Source: Mobula hypostoma (taxonomy: Eukaryota). Taken from it: 64,000 nucleotides of DNA. Positions 1 through 14,421 of this stretch are shown piece by piece. The notes below the pieces were generated by a model, which was not told where the DNA came from, did no database searches, and saw nothing but the letters and a program-made list of their open reading frames with translations. The stretch spans positions 250,792,001 through 250,856,000 of the forward strand of contig NC_086097.1 of the NCBI RefSeq assembly GCF_963921235.1. The letters run 5' to 3'. Numbering within the stretch: position 1 is the first letter of the stretch; each line of letters opens with the position of its first letter. Made by a program: the position numbers and the translations under genes.

Positions 1-178
1 TCCCATGGAATGCCTGGGATTTTTCCCAGTTTCCTCCCATAGTCCGTAGACGGACTGAGTTGGTTAATCGGTCATTATAAATTGCCCTGTGATTAGGTTA
101 GGGTTAATTGGATTTGTCGGGTGTTCTTGGCTCAAAGGCCCAGAAAGGCCTACTCCACGCTGTATCACTCAATAAAAT
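1..178 (+). mobile_element. V-SINE-type SINE, 3' part
   Basis: Core ...tttcctcccatagtcc...ggttaatcggtcattataaattg... shared with the copies at 12872 and 62555. Confidence 0.65.
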
Positions 179-1599
179 ACCTCGCAGTGGGCAGGCTGCA
201 GGACAGGGTGCAAGCTGATGTTTGGCTCCATTTTGCAGACTAAAGCTTCCTTTGTTCACTGATTGAAGTGAGGAGGGAGATTGAAGCATTGGAGCGAGTG
301 CTGAGGGTGGGCACCGGCTGTTTGCCTTTTGATCGGATTCTCTGTACTGGAGTGGGGACAGCTTGCCACTGCTGAGAGCGTTGTTCAGGTTTTCTGCGTT
401 TTCGATTTGCTCTTTGGATGATAGACTCTATTTTTCAGTCTTATAGCTTTGATATTCTGTGTTTTTCACCTGATCTTCTTGCTTTTTTTTGTGTGGGGGG
501 AGACAAATTTTTGGATTGATGTGCCTGATCCGTTTTATTTGTTTTGTGTTTTGTACGGGTGGAGAGATCTGGGGGTTGATGTGTCTGTTCCATTTTTGTT
601 CGTTTTTTTTGCAGGGTGAAGGGGTTGATGTTCACGCTACCTTTCTTTTCTTTCTTGGTTTCAAAGCTACCCAGAGAATTATACTTTGATAATAAATGAA
701 CCTTTGAACCTTTGGAATAAAATAAAGGTGTGCAAGGTACTAATTAAAATCAAAACTAGTCTCCGGGAAGTAAAATCTGTTCACTATTCAAAATGCAGAC
801 TCAGATTTCAAGTTTAAGTTTCAAGTCCAAGTTTAGTTATCGTTCAGCCATACTTGAATCCTGCCAAATGAAACAGCATTCATCATCTGGGGCCAAGGTG
901 CTGAACACATTATCAACAGCACTTAGCACACAGCACAAATAACACTTATGGTTACAATTTCAGAAAAAAACAATCACAAGGGGAAATGAATAATAATACT
1001 CTGATTCAGCGTCAGTCTTTTTGTATCATATGTACATCAAAACATACAAACAAATGCACCTTTTCTGCTAACAACCAGCACATGCTGAGGGCAGCCCGCA
1101 AGTGTTGCAACACATCCTGGTGCCTACAGAGCATGCCCACAGAACAACAACAACAGAGCAAAACAAGTCAGCAGCAACAAAACAGGCCCCTTTCCCACCC
1201 TCACACCCACCACCCACTCACAAACAGAGACAGGCCTCGAACTCCAGGACAGGCTACCTCTAATTCTCCGACCTCCCAGCAATCCCAGATTCACGGGTAT
1301 TGATTCAGATCCTGTGCCATCGTAACTATGTAGGGGACGACAATAAGATATAGGAGCAGGATTAGGCCATTCATCCATTGGGCCTGCTCCACCATTCCAC
1401 CATGGCTGAGTTATTAACTCTCTCAATCCCCTTGTCCCCGTAACCTTTGACCCCTCCCCTCCCCAGTTAATTAAGAACGTATCAACCCCAGCTTTAAACA
1501 TACTCAAATGACTTCCATAACCATCTGTGGCAATGAATTCCACTGAATCTCCAATGCCAGCATATCTTTTCTTTGATAAGAGACCCAAAAGGATGAAGA

Positions 1600-4285
1600 A
1601 TGCAGGACTGAAGATGCTGTATTTAAGTGCGTGTAGCATTCGGAATAAGGTGGACGAACTTGTGGCGCAATTAGAGTTTGGTGGGTATGACAGGGAGCAT
1701 CACTGAGTCGTGGCAGAAAGAAGGCCATAACTGGGAGCTTAACATGAAAGAATATATTTTGTATCAAAAGCACAGGCAGGAAAGCATAGATGGTGGTGTG
1801 GCTCTGTTGGTAGGAGATGGAATTACATCTTTAGAAAGAGGTGACATAGGGTCAGAGAATGTTGAATCTCTGTGGGTGGAGTTAAGAAACTGCAAGGGTG
1901 AAGAAACCATTATGGGAATCATATACAGGCCTCCAAATAGTAGCCAAGATGTTAGATTGAGATTGCAAAGGGAGTTGAAAAAGGCATGTAATAAGGGTAA
2001 TGTCACAGTTGTATTGGGGAACATCAATAGGAAAGGGGATTGGGAAAATCAGGTTGGTGTCAGATTGCAAGAGACAGAATTTGTTGAATACCTACAAGAT
2101 GACTTTTTAGAGCAGCTTGTGCTTGAGCATACCTGGGAAAAGGTTATCTTAGATTAGGTGTTGTGTAATAACCCAGATCTTATTAGGGAGTTTAACGTAA
2201 AAGAACCCTTAGGAGACTGTGATCATAATATGATTGAACTCATACTGCAGTTTTAGAGTGAGAAGCATAACTCACGTGTATCAGTGTCACAATGGAATAA
2301 AGGAGATTACAGAGGCATGAGAGAGGAGCTTGCCCAGGTGGATTGGAAGAGAATACTGGCATAGGTGATAGCAGAGCAGAGATGGCTGAAGTTTCAGGAA
2401 ATAGTTCACAAAGCGCAGGATTATATGTCCCAGAGAGGATGAAGTTCTCAAATGGCAAAGGAAGGCAACCGTGGCTGTCAAAGGAAGTTGACGACTACAT
2501 AAACCATATAACCACATAACAATTACAGCACCGAAACAAGCCATCTCGGCCCTTCTAGTCCGTGCTGAACTCTTACTCTCACCTAGTCCCACCGACCTGC
2601 ACTCAGCCCATAACCCTCCATTCCTTTCCTGTCCATATATCTATCCAATTTTACTTTAAACAACAACATCGATCCTGCCTCAACCACTTCTGCTGGAAGC
2701 TCGTTTCACACAGTTACCACTCTCTGAGTAAAGAAGTTCCCCCTCATGTTACCCCTAAACTTTTGCCCTTTAACTCTCAACTCATGTCCTCTTGTTTGAA
2801 TCTCCCCCACTCTCAATGGAAAAAGCCTATCCACGTCAACTCTATCTATCCCCCTCATAATTTTCAATACTTCTATCAAGTCCCCCCTCAACCTTCTACG
2901 CTCCAAAGAATAAAGACCCAACTTGTTCAACCTTTCTCTATAACTTAGGTGATGACAGCCAAGGAAAGGACATATAAGGTAGCAAAAATGAATGGGAAGT
3001 TTTTAAATTCCAGCAAAAGGCAACTAAAAAAGCTATAAGAAGGGAAAAGATGAAATATGTGGGCGGACTAGCCAATAGTATGAAACAGGATACCAAAAGT
3101 TTTTATCAGTTATATACAGCATAAAAGGGAGGTGAGAGTTGATATTGGATCACTGGAAAATGATGCTGGTGAGATACTAATGGGGGCAAAGAAATGGCAG
3201 ATGAACTTAATGGGTACTTTGCATCTGTCTTCACCGTGGAAGACACTACCAGTGTGCCATGAGTATCAGGGAGCAGGAATGAGCGCCATTGCTATTAAAA
3301 AAGAAAAGGTGCCAGGCAACCTGAAAGGTCTTAAGGTGGATAAGTCACCTGGATCAGATGGATGACATCCCAGAGTCCTCAGAGAGGTTGCTGAAGAGAT
3401 AACAGATGCATTGGTTATGATCTTTCAAGAATCACTTGATTCTGTCATGGGCCTGGAGGACTGGAAAATTGCAAATGTCACTTCACTCATTAAGGGAGGA
3501 AGGAAATTATAGGCCAGTTAGCCTAACCCCTGTATTTGGGAAAGTGTTGGAGTCTATTATTAAAGATGAGGTTTCGAGGTACTTGGAGACTAATGATAAA
3601 ATAAGTCAGCATAGTTTCTGTAAAGGGAAATCTTGCCCAACAAATCTGTTAGAGTTCTTCGAGGAAGTAACAAGCAGGGTGGAGAAAGGAGAGGCAGTGG
3701 ATGTCAATTACATGGAGTTTCAGAAGGTATTTGATGAGGTGCCACACATGAGACTGCTTAATAAGATAAAACCCTATGGCGTTACAGGAAAGCTACTGGC
3801 ATGGACAGAGGAATGGCTGACAGGCAGGAGCGAGTGGGAATAAAAGAGGCTTTTTCTGATTGGCTACCAGTGACTAGTGGTGTTCCTGAGGGGATGGTAT
3901 TGGGACCACTTCTTTTCACATTGTTTGTCAATGATTTGGATAATGGAATTGATGGCTTTGTGGCAAAGTTTGCGGATGATATGAAGATAGGTGGAGGGGT
4001 AGGTAGTGCTGAGGAAGCAATGTGATTGCAGCAGGACTTAGATAAATTGGAAGAATGGGCAAAAAAGTGGCAGATGGAATACAGTGCTGGGAAATGTATG
4101 TTAATGCATTTTGGTAAAAGGAACAATAGTGCAGACTATTATCTAAATGGGGAGAAGGTTCAAACATCAGACGTGCAGAGTCTAGATAAGGTGGATGTGG
4201 AGAGGATGTTTCCAGAACTAGAAACATCCTCTCCACTAGGGGTATCCAGAACTAGAGGGCACTGCCTCAAAATTGAGGGGTGACC
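1600..4285 (+). mobile_element. Decayed CR1-clade LINE (APE endonuclease + RT)
   Basis: ORF pieces ITESW...GGVALL...IYRPP, NYRPVSLT...SCPTNLLEFFE, SGVPEG..LGPLLF, KFADD, with multiple frameshifts. Confidence 0.9.
2503..2950 (-). mobile_element. CR1 LINE 3' end nested in the plus-strand CR1
   Basis: LGLYSLERRRLRGDLIEV...TRGH..GNFFTQRVV plus 3' UTR, interrupting the host ORF. Confidence 0.85.
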
Positions 4286-4457
4286 CTGATCAACAGAAAA
4301 AGTCCATAAGAGCATAAGACAAGGAGCAGAATTAGGCCATTCAGTCCATCCAGTCTGCTCTGCCATTCCATCATGGCTGATTCGGGATCCCACACAACCC
4401 CATACGCCTGCCTTCTCGCCATATCTTTTGATGCCCTGACCAATCAGGAAATGATCT

Positions 4458-4720
4458 ACCTGGACCCACCTATCATCTCCCAGCTTCTTATATTATTCCC
4501 ATTCTATGCCTCCTTCACCTGCCGGTTAATCCCTTTACCTGGATCCACCTATCACCTCCCAGCTTCTTACATTATTCCCATTCTATGCCTCCTTCACCTG
4601 CCTGTTAATCCCTTTACCTGGATCCACCTATCACTTCCCAACTTCTTATATCATTCCCATTCTCTCCCTCCCTCACCTGCGTGTTAATCCCCTTCCTTTG
4701 ATCCACCTATCACCTACCAG
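4458..4720. repeat. Pyrimidine-rich 79-bp tandem repeat (about 3.3 copies) within a Penelope-derived repeat
   Basis: CACCTATCA recurs at 4467, 4546, 4625 and 4704. Confidence 0.75.
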
Positions 4721-7700
4721 CCTTTGTTTCGCCCTTTCTCCCCGCTGCCAGTGAAGGGTCTGGTCCCAAAACTCTGGGGCTCATTTCTTCCACAGATGCT
4801 GCCCAATCAGCTGAGTTCCTCCAGCAGTCTGCTTGAGTTGCCCTAGGTTTCTCTCTTTTGTCTTCACTTGGACTTACAACACCCCAAAAATTGCTAAAAA
4901 GGCAGATGTGAAGTATTTTCTTGGGCGTAAAATATTTAAAAATTCACATTCTACAGACGCAGCTGCTTTTCAAGCTGTTAGGCTGTGTGAATTTGCAGAA
5001 TTGGGTTTATGGTCTTTGATATACAGTAAGTCATGAAACTTGCTGGTTTGTGGCAGCATCTGTACAGTACATGAGGTGGTTGTCTATCGTGTTCGACGAT
5101 GACAGGAAACCTGTGCGGGAGAGTATTTAAAGCTGGTGCTGTGGGACAGTGCTACTCCCTTGATCACAGAGGACCCTCACAGTGCAAAACATACAATTAT
5201 TATAAACTACAATAAAAATATATAAAAACAAAGTTATTGTAGAAAAAGAGATAAAAATAGTAGTGTTCATGGATTCACAGATAGTTCAGAAATCTGATGG
5301 TAGAGGGGAAGAAGCTGTTCATAAAACACTGAGTGTGTGCTTTTAAGCTCCTGTACCTCCTTCCTGATGGTAGCAATGAGAAGAGGGTGCGACCTGGGTG
5401 ATGGAGCCCGTAGTGATGGATGCTGCCTTTTTACATTGTAAACACATGCTGGTATGTGTGTATTTATACCCATTTTATTCCCTATCCCTACTTTAACCTC
5501 TAAATTTATTTTGTATAAAATTCTTTATTGTTATAATTGTTGAATGTTGTGTTTTTTTATAATTCAAATTTTTATTATTATTATGGTTCTTCTGCCATCA
5601 GGCAAACATTACAGGAGCATCAAAACTAAAACCACAAGGCTACTAAACAGCTTCCTCCCACAGGCAGTCAGACTGCTAAATAGCTGCTCTACCTGACTCT
5701 GCTTTGGACACTTTTAACTTGCACTGGACACTTATAACTGATTTTAACTGACATGTGGCTGTTGTGTTTTACTATTTATTGTTATGTTTATTATTTAGTG
5801 TTGTGTTTGTTATGTTATGATTGCACTGCTCCTGGGAAACACTGTCTCATTCTGCCCTGCAGAGCTGATGTGCGGTTAGAGTGACAATAAAGTTTTTTGA
5901 ATCTTTTTGAATCTTCTTATTTTACAAAGTAACACAGCATATTTTTTCTTCATGTTACACTAACACACCACATCAAATTCCTAATACATGTAAATGGCGG
6001 ATATAGTTGCCGCTTAATCCTTGAGAAATTGCCTTTTGAAGATGTCCTTGATGAAGCTGAGTGAGTTTCCAACTCTCTGCAGATATGAGAGATATAAGCC
6101 TGGATGTGTTTCCGTTAAACTCTGATGAAGCCATGATTAACCTATCGAACATTGGAAGGTCTAGATAGAGTGCATGTGGAGAGAACGTTTCCTACTGGGA
6201 GAGTCTAGGACCAGAAGGCACAACCTCAAATTGAGAGACGTCCATTTAGAACAGAGATGACGAGGAATCTCTTTAGCCTGAGGGTGGTGAATCTGTGGAA
6301 CTCAGTGCTACAGGTGGCTGTGGAGGATGTGAATGAGTATATTTAAGGCATAGGTAATCGGTTCCTGATTAATCAGGACGTCAAAGGTTACAGAGAGAAG
6401 ACAGGAGAATGGGGTTGAGAGGGATAATAAATCAGCTATGATGGGATGATGGAACAGGCCCAATGGACCAAATTGCCTAATTCTTCTCCTGGGTCTTATG
6501 GTCTTATGATCTTATCAGTCTGCCATCAGTGGCAGCCAGTTAACCTGAGTAACACGGAGAATTCCACCTTTTGAGGCCTCCTAAAAGTCATCACCTGACA
6601 GTTATCTCTCATCAAAGTATGCATTCTTTGTGTGTGAACAACCAAAGGTTTGACTTTCTGACTGTGGGGAGACACAACAGCAAAATATAACCCTCCCCTA
6701 AACCACCATCCAACAACCTGCACTCTCCTGTATCTGTCACAAGATCGGAATCTGGATTTTTAATGCTGTCAGTAATCCATTGCTCTGCCGCCAGTTGCAA
6801 TGTGCAGTGTTAAAATATACTTTCTTCTGTATGAAAGATTCATTTGTCAAAAATATGTATGAAAATAGCTGAGGACAATTGAAGTCATGTCTGTGTTTGA
6901 GATAACATTCGGCAGAGGAATTGTGGACAATTGCAGTCATGATACCAAGGATTGCACAGTCATATTTGCAATCAGGGAGAAATCAAAGGGTGATTTGATC
7001 CTTTGAAGGGTTTGTTAGAAGGGCTGGGGACAAAAATAGAGATAAGGCGGATTCAGAAATTCTGCAGACGCTGGAAATCCAGAGCAAAACACACAAAATG
7101 CTGGAGGAGCTGGGCACGTCGGGCAGCAACGATGGAAACATTGGCTGTTCATTCATTTCCACAGACGCTGCCTTTTGGCCGGATGGGGCCGATAGGGCTC
7201 ATCAGCTGTGGCTGGCTGTTCATCCAGGAGAAGGAAAACTCTGATCTCAAACCTCCGCTGCCTCATGCATGGGGGAAGACTTCAGGAGTAAACCGTGAGA
7301 AAAAACCCAGAGCTGCAGTCCCTAAGGCAATCCTACAAAAAGAGCGAACAGTAGACATTTCAGGCCGAAAACGCTCATCAGAACTGGAAAAAGAGATGCA
7401 AAGTCAGAGTAGGAAGGTGGGAGGAAGGGAGGAAGAAGTACAAGGTAGTAGGTGATGGGTGAAACCAGGAGAGGGCAAGGAGTGAACTAAAGAGCTGGGA
7501 AGTTGATCGGTGAAAGGGATTAAGGACTGGAGAAGGGGCAATCTTATTGGAGAGGACAGAAGGCCGTGGAAGAAAGGGAAGGGAGAGGACCACCAGAGGG
7601 AGGTGATGGGCAGGTAAGGAGATAAGGTCAGAGAGGGGAATGGGGAATGGTGAAGGGTGGGGTCCGTTACTAGAAGTTTGAGACGGAGGGAGGAGAAGAT

Positions 7701-7812
7701 GGCGGCGCAATGCAGCCCGCGCAGCCGTTCCAAATGAATATCGTATGTGTAACTAGGGGGCCGCGCACAATCCGGATTTGATGGAGACAGATCCTGCGTC
7801 TTATGGTCTTAC

Positions 7813-8075
7813 ATGGGGCTCATCAGCAAAAATGATGAAACAATGTACAGGGAGGAGGTCAAACACCTAGAGAGCTGGTGCAGTGATAACAACTTGATGT
7901 TTAATGTCACCAAAACCAAGGAGGTGATCGTCGATTTCAGACGGTCTCAGCCTGAGCACACACCCCTCAGCATCATCAGCAAATTTAATGATCAGGTTCT
8001 CCTTGAATCTTGCTGCACAGTCACATGTTAGCAGTGTAAACAGCAATGGGCTAAGCACACAGCCTTGTGGGGATC
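7813..8075. mobile_element. Rex1/Babar LINE RT fragment with internal inversion
   Basis: Plus strand: GLISKNDE..YREEVKHLESWCSDNNL..NVTKTKE. Minus strand: PQGCVLSPLLF...IKFADD. Confidence 0.7.
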
Positions 8076-9312
8076 CACAAGGAGGGAGATTGAAAATCTG
8101 GCCATAAATCTACTCCTATCTCTTTATGGTCTAACGAGTCTATGATTCTAAAGGTTGGACAAACCTTCTCTGGAATACTGGAAGCTGAGGGGAGTTCTAG
8201 AGGTTTATAAGATTAAAAGATAAAAGACAGACAGTGTTTTTTCCCCAGGGTTGAAATGTCTAATACCAGAGGGCGTGCATTTAAGATGAGAGTAGGTCAT
8301 TTCAAAGGAAATCTGAGGGGCAAGTTTTTTACATGGAGAGTGGATGGTGCCTGGAATGCGCTGCCTGGGGTGGTGGCAGAGGCAGATACATTAGAGACTT
8401 AAAGAGATGTTTAGATTGGCAGATGGATGTGAGGAAATGGAAGGGTGTGGACATTGTGCAGGCAGAAGAGATCAGTTTTGGCCGTTTGATTACTATTTCA
8501 TTTGGTTCAGTACAACATTGTGGGCCGAGGGGGCTGTTCCTCTGCTGGTACTGGTCTGCATGCTATGGCTCCTGAGCCTCCTTCCCAAAGGTAGCAGCAA
8601 GAAGAGATCATGGTCTGGATGGTAGGGGGCTCTGATGACGGAGGCTGGTCTCGCGGGACAGTGCTCCATGTAGATATGCTCAATGGTAAGTCCGCGTAAA
8701 TGTGGTGGGGATCCTTGATGATGGATTTGGTGGGGGGGGTCTTGAACGATGGATGCTGCTGTCTCAGGTCAGTGTGCTTAATGATGAGTCAGGAATTCTC
8801 ACCCCAGTTTTCAGGGGTGGATGGTAAGACATCAATAATCCTGTGCTGCTAACAAAGCTGCTTTATTCAGCCCACTTTAGTGTAATCAATGAAATATTGT
8901 TTGCCTTTAACACTTAAGGAAGTTTAAAACAGGTGTTCACCCACACTCAAATGGATCTTGCCAAAGAGATTAGTTTAAAAGTTCCCTTTGTACTTTTAAA
9001 CCTCACAGCCACAAGCTTTCTGGTTTTGCTGAACACGTTCAATAGAAATTTTCTCTAGAAAGCTTTGAACTCTGTCTTCTAACCCAAACAATATAATCCA
9101 CGTTCGGTTTACCGAGTTATCACTCTGGTCAAAGGTATACATTTCAAGTCAGGCTTTTGGCAGGCCTGCAAATAAATTAAGCAAATGTAAAATAGGTGGG
9201 GGAGAGGTCCTGTTTTTTCTTGGACAGTATCACAGGTGCAGAAAGGGAGAACATTGTTTGCTGAGGCAGTGAGGCTGGAAATTGAAACAGGAAGAGAACA
9301 ATCACTCTGTTG

Positions 9313-9391
9313 CAGGGGCTCCCAACCTTTTTAATGCCATGGGCCCCTACCAGTAACTGAGGGCCTGCGAACCCCAGGGTGGGAGCCCCTG
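9313..9391. mobile_element. About 80-bp hAT-type MITE
   Basis: TIRs CAGGGGCTCCCA...TGGGAGCCCCTG; degenerate 8-bp TSD CTCTGTTG/CCCCGTTG. Confidence 0.7.
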
Positions 9392-9469
9392 CCCCGTTGG
9401 GACTATTCTGTAGACCAGCTTCCCCCATAGCAATGCAGATGCAGAGGCAGATTCCGGAAAAGTGATAAA

Positions 9470-10460
9470 GGTTTAATTGGGGTGCAATTTGTTAGGCGTG
9501 TCCAGAAAGGATTCCTGACACAATACTTAAGGGATTGAAAGAATTATCATATGAGGAGTGATTGATGGCTCTGGGAACGTACCAACCAGAATTCAGAAGA
9601 ATGAGTGGGGATCTTAATGAAACTTATTTTGAATGTTGAAAGACCTAGTTAGACTGGATGTGGAGAAGATGTTACTATAGTTAGGGAGTCTTGAACTTCT
9701 GAATAGAAGGACATTTATTTAGAATGGAGATGAATAGAAGAAACGAAAGGGTTGACTATTTTTAAATGGAGAAAAAATTCAAAAATCTGAGGCACAAGGG
9801 GAATTGGGAGACCTTGTGCAGGATTTCCTAAAGGTTAATTTGCAGTTTGAGTCTGTGGTGAGGAAGACAAATGCAATGTTAGCATTCATTTCGAGAGGAG
9901 GAGAATATAAAAGCAAGGATGTAATGTTGGGTACTGGTGATGCCTCACTTGGGGTATTGTAGGCAGCTTTGGGCCCCTTATCAGTGCTGACACTGAGAGG
10001 GTTCCAAGGAGATTCACGAAAATAATTCCAGAATTGAATGGCTTCGAGTATTCGATGATTCTGAGCCTGTATTCAGAAAAAAGAGGGGTGACCTCATTGA
10101 AAGGTCTTGATAGAGTGGATGTGGAGAGGATGCTTCATATGGTGGGGGTGTCTAAGACCAGAGGACACAGCCTCAGAATAGAGGAAAGTCCTTTTAGAAA
10201 AGAGGTGAGGAGGAATTTATTTAGCCAGCGAGGGGAGAGTCTATGGAATTCATTGCCACAGGCAGCTGTGGAGGCCAAGTCTTTATGTACATTTACACAG
10301 TGGTTGACAGATTCCTGATTGGTCAGGGCATGAAGGGATACAGAGAGGAGGCAGGAGATTGGAGCTGAGGGGAAAATTGGATCAGCCATGATGAAATGGT
10401 GGAGCAGACTTGATGGGCCAAATGGCCTAATTCTGCTCCTATATCTTATGGTCTCAAGGT
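9470..10460 (+). mobile_element. CR1 LINE fragments with 3' UTR
   Basis: KGLDRVDVERM...TRGHSLRIE..LWNSLPQAAVEA followed by the CR1 tail. Confidence 0.8.
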
Positions 10461-10644
10461 CTAAAATGTATTCAGGCCAATGAGAGAGAAGCAGATGTCA
10501 GATCTCTTGCTGAGTGTGCATTCAGAGACAGTGACCACAACTCCCTTACCTTTACCATAGCCTTGGGAGTGATAGGTGCGTGGAAAGTGCAGCTAGGGGT
10601 GGTGGTAGAGGCAGATAAATTAGGGGTATATAAGAGACTCTTAG

Positions 10645-10965
10645 ATTGGGATCGTCAGCCATGCTTGGCAGCTTACCTAGAAGAAGGAAAACTCCGATCT
10701 GAAACCTCTGCCAACTTGCAGCTCTCCCCACCTATGAGGAAATCCTTGGGAGCAAACCCCCAGGAAAATTCCAAAGCAGGGGTCCCTAAGGCAGACCTAA
10801 GATGAGTTCAACACTGACTGGCTACTCCTGCGGCACACCGGTGCCAAACTGTATCAGTCTCCACTGGTCCTTTGGACTCATCAGCTTTGTGGGCAACAGC
10901 TTGTTCTCCACATAGAAAGTTGGAGTGCAGCATCTGTGGTCAAACCTGACCAACGGAGGGCCTCA
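10645..10965 (+). mobile_element. Partial copy of the about 530-bp dispersed repeat seen at 49665 and 27286 (possibly RTE-related)
   Basis: Shares gaaggaaaactc.gatct.aaacc and gagttcaaca.tgactggc with those copies; another fragment at about 7185-7332. Confidence 0.55.
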
Positions 10966-11449
10966 AAAGGATAAGCACATAAGACAATAAGTCCATAAGA
11001 CACTGCAGCAGAATTAGGCCATTCAGCCCATCAAGACTGTTCCGCCATTTGATCATGGCTGATCCAGTTCCCTCTCAACCCCATTCTTCTGCCTTCTTCC
11101 AGTAACCATTCATGCTCTGACAAATCAAGAATCAATTGACCTCCACCTGTAATATACCCAAAGACTTGGTGTCCATAGCAATAAATTCCACAGATTCACC
11201 ACCCTCTGGCTAAGAAATTCCTCCTCATCTCCATTCTAAATGGACGTCTCTCTATTCTTAGACTCCCCCACAGCAGGAAACATCCTCTCCACATCCACTC
11301 AATATTTTTTATTATCATGAATAGAGTCTAATTTTTGAAGCAAAAAAAAATGGAGGCAACACAACCCATCAGACAGGAGGCACAGGAGCCTTAGGACCCA
11401 CACCACTAGGTTCAGGAACAGTTATTACCTCTCAACCATCCGATACCTG

Positions 11450-12260
11450 AACTGCTATGCTGTAGCTATTTCATTTTACCAGTTCTGTAAAAGCAGTGCG
11501 TTCTGCTGTAGACTGTTTTGGTTTTGGCTAAACGATAAGGGGCTAAGATGTTCGACTTAGTAATGCTGTGTCAGCCAAACAGGATGGTGGAATTGGGAGA
11601 AGATTCAAGAGCGAACTGAGCCGAGTGAGATTTGTGATGAACAGTAACGGGGATCGCGGGTCTTTTTTGCAGGCGCTGCAGAAGAGACAGGAGGTAAGAT
11701 GGCTGGAAGTGCCAAGGGAAGGAGCATCCCTGTGGCACAAGGTGCTTTGGGCCGATGAATTGCTCCAAGGAGGAAGGGCCAGTACTCCTGAGAGAGAGCC
11801 CATTTGTTCGGGATGGATTTGGAGCGATGTTCGGAATGTGGTGTGAACTTTCACGCAGATTGTGAACCCAGTGCAAGAGTAAAGAGGAAAACTTCAAGAT
11901 GAGCTCCACCTTTCCGTGCATATTTGGACCGGGTTAACTGAAGTGGGCCCTTTTTTTCTTTCATTTTTCCCACTAACTGTTCCATAATGCTGAAATAGCT
12001 AAATATACTTGCTTTATAATTTTATCCAGTGTACGATCTGTTATTTCGTGCCGACCGACAATCGTGTACAGGCAGTACTTACACAGGATTAGCTCAAATT
12101 GTGGCTTCTTTAATCAGAAAATCACAGCATTCCTGTCTGGCTGAACGCCAAATCATACCGACCCCGGAAATATATTGTCTACGAAAGGTGACCTTCCCAC
12201 CGCTGAGTCCCGTGGCTGTTGGCAAAGCTGGCTAACGAGCAAAGTTTGCATACGATCTCA
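11450..12260. mobile_element. Unclassified, possibly LTR-like repeat
   Basis: CpG-retaining, compositionally distinct block with no recognisable protein. Confidence 0.25.
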
Positions 12261-12871
12261 GTGATATAGCACAGGGCAGGCTCTTGTGCCAACCTTTTAA
12301 ACTGCTGTAAGAGCAACCTAACCCTTCCCTCCTACAGAACCCTATCTAAGAGTTTATTCTTCTTACTCTCAAGCACAGTCTACTAGGGCATAGGCCACTA
12401 ACAGCAGCTGGCCAGAATCCTCTGTCCTAGGCCGAAGGTTCAACTTCTATCAGACCTGACTTCGTACATCTTTGAGGGGAAGATCCTTCCTCTCCCAGAG
12501 GTGAGGTCTGCTGGATCTCCTGCAGCCCTGGGTTTTCACGGGAGTGAGTTGCTAGCCCCGCGCCCTGTCCTCTACCTTTCACAGCCAGACTTGGGGCCGT
12601 CCATAGCTGAGTTACGAGTTTCTTAAAGGCCCCTAATACACCTGCCCCCTACCCCAACCCTGGCAGAGTGTTCCACACATCCACTATTCTCTGTGTAAAA
12701 ACCCTACCTCTGACATGCCCCCCTATACTTTCCTACGATCACCTTAAAATGATGCTCCCTTGTGTTAGCCATTTTCACCCTGGGAAAAAGTCTCTGACTG
12801 TCCACTCTATGCCTCTATCATCTTGTACACCTCTGTCAAGACACCTCTCACCCTCATTCGCTGCGGAGTGA

Positions 12872-13135
12872 ACCGCCCAGTAGCAAAGTGGTTAACACAA
12901 CGCTTTACAGTACCAGCAACCTGGGTTCAATTCCCACCGCTGCCTGTACGTTGTACGTTCTCCCCGTGACTGTGTGGGTTTCCCCCGAGTGCTCAGGTTT
13001 CCTTCCTCAGTCCAAAGACGTACCGGTTGGTAGGTTAATTGGTCATTGTAGATTGTCCTGTGACTAGGCAAGGGTTAAATCAGGAGATTACACAGGAGGG
13101 CCTGTTCCACACTGAATCTCGATAAATAAATAAAT
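12872..13135 (+). mobile_element. tRNA-derived V-SINE
   Basis: B-box-like GGTTCAATTCC; V-core gtacgttctccccgtgac.gtgtgggtttcc; (TAAA)n tail. Confidence 0.75.
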
Positions 13136-14421
13136 GCGTATATACATACATCAATAAAATAAAATAAAAGCCCTTGGTCACAGAACTGGTCCTCATAAGA
13201 CATGTCCTCAGTATCAATTTTATTTACACAGTTTGTCTTCTTTTGCATATTGGCTGTTGGTAAGTCTTTGTTTATGCATAAATTCAAATCAAATCAAAAA
13301 TCAAATCAAGTTTAGTTTAATTATCATTCAACCATACATGAAAGCATCTGAATGAACCGGCGTTCCTCTGGGATCAATGTGAAAAACATGCGCTGCACAA
13401 GGACAACAGCACATTCGAAACACTGAGCACACAGTCACGCCAAAAAAAAAACGTATTTTATTGCAAACAAGAGGAAACCTGCAGGCGCTGGAAATCCGAG
13501 AAAAACACACAAAATGCTGGAGCCACTCAGCAGGGCAGGCGGCATCGATGGAAAAGAGTACAATCGACGTTTCGGGCTGAAACACTTCGGAAAGATCCCC
13601 CAGCATTTTGTGTGTGTTGCTATATGTTACATTGCATTTCTTTCTTCCCTCTGAATGCCCGAAAGAAAGTGAATCTCAAGTAGCTTATGGCAACATGTGC
13701 GCACTTTGATGATAAACTTACTTTGAACTTGGAACACTTTTATCTCCTTCCCCCATTTCTATCCATGGGAAAAACCCATGCATCCCTGTGGAATGCATGG
13801 GTTTTCCCCCAGTGCTCTGGTTTCCTCCCACAGTCCAAAGACATATCAGGTAGGTTAATTGGTCCATGTAAATTATCCCATGATTAAGATTATGTTTAAT
13901 TGGGTTTGTCAGATTTTCTTGGGGCAGCGAAGCTCAAAGGCCTGGAAGGGTATTCAGTGTAAATGATCCCATGATTAAGGTTATGTTTAATTGGGTTTGT
14001 CAGATGTTCCTGGGGCAGTGAAACTCGAAGATTCTGAAGAGCTGACTCCAGACTGTGTCGCTAAACAAATACATAAATAGATTTCACACACAGCCCTAGA
14101 ATTTTCCACACACAAAACATTAATGACTGCAAGTTGCAGCACATCGCTGATGAGTGAGTAGATGGTAAACCAATTGAGAAGAGTTACTAAGACAAGATAT
14201 AACATGCAGGAAATTCGCCTTCAGATTTTGACTGAACAAGAACTTCCTCCAATACAGGTTCAACATTAGTTACTGGGGCTAGATAGGATCATAACATTGA
14301 AAGGATGACATTAGTTTTCAATTGGGCATCAAAATGGTGAATAAAATTTTCTCACCATTACCCTCAAAGTCAAAGTCAAAATCATGGTCAATTTGTTATC
14401 AATGTATGTATACACCATATA

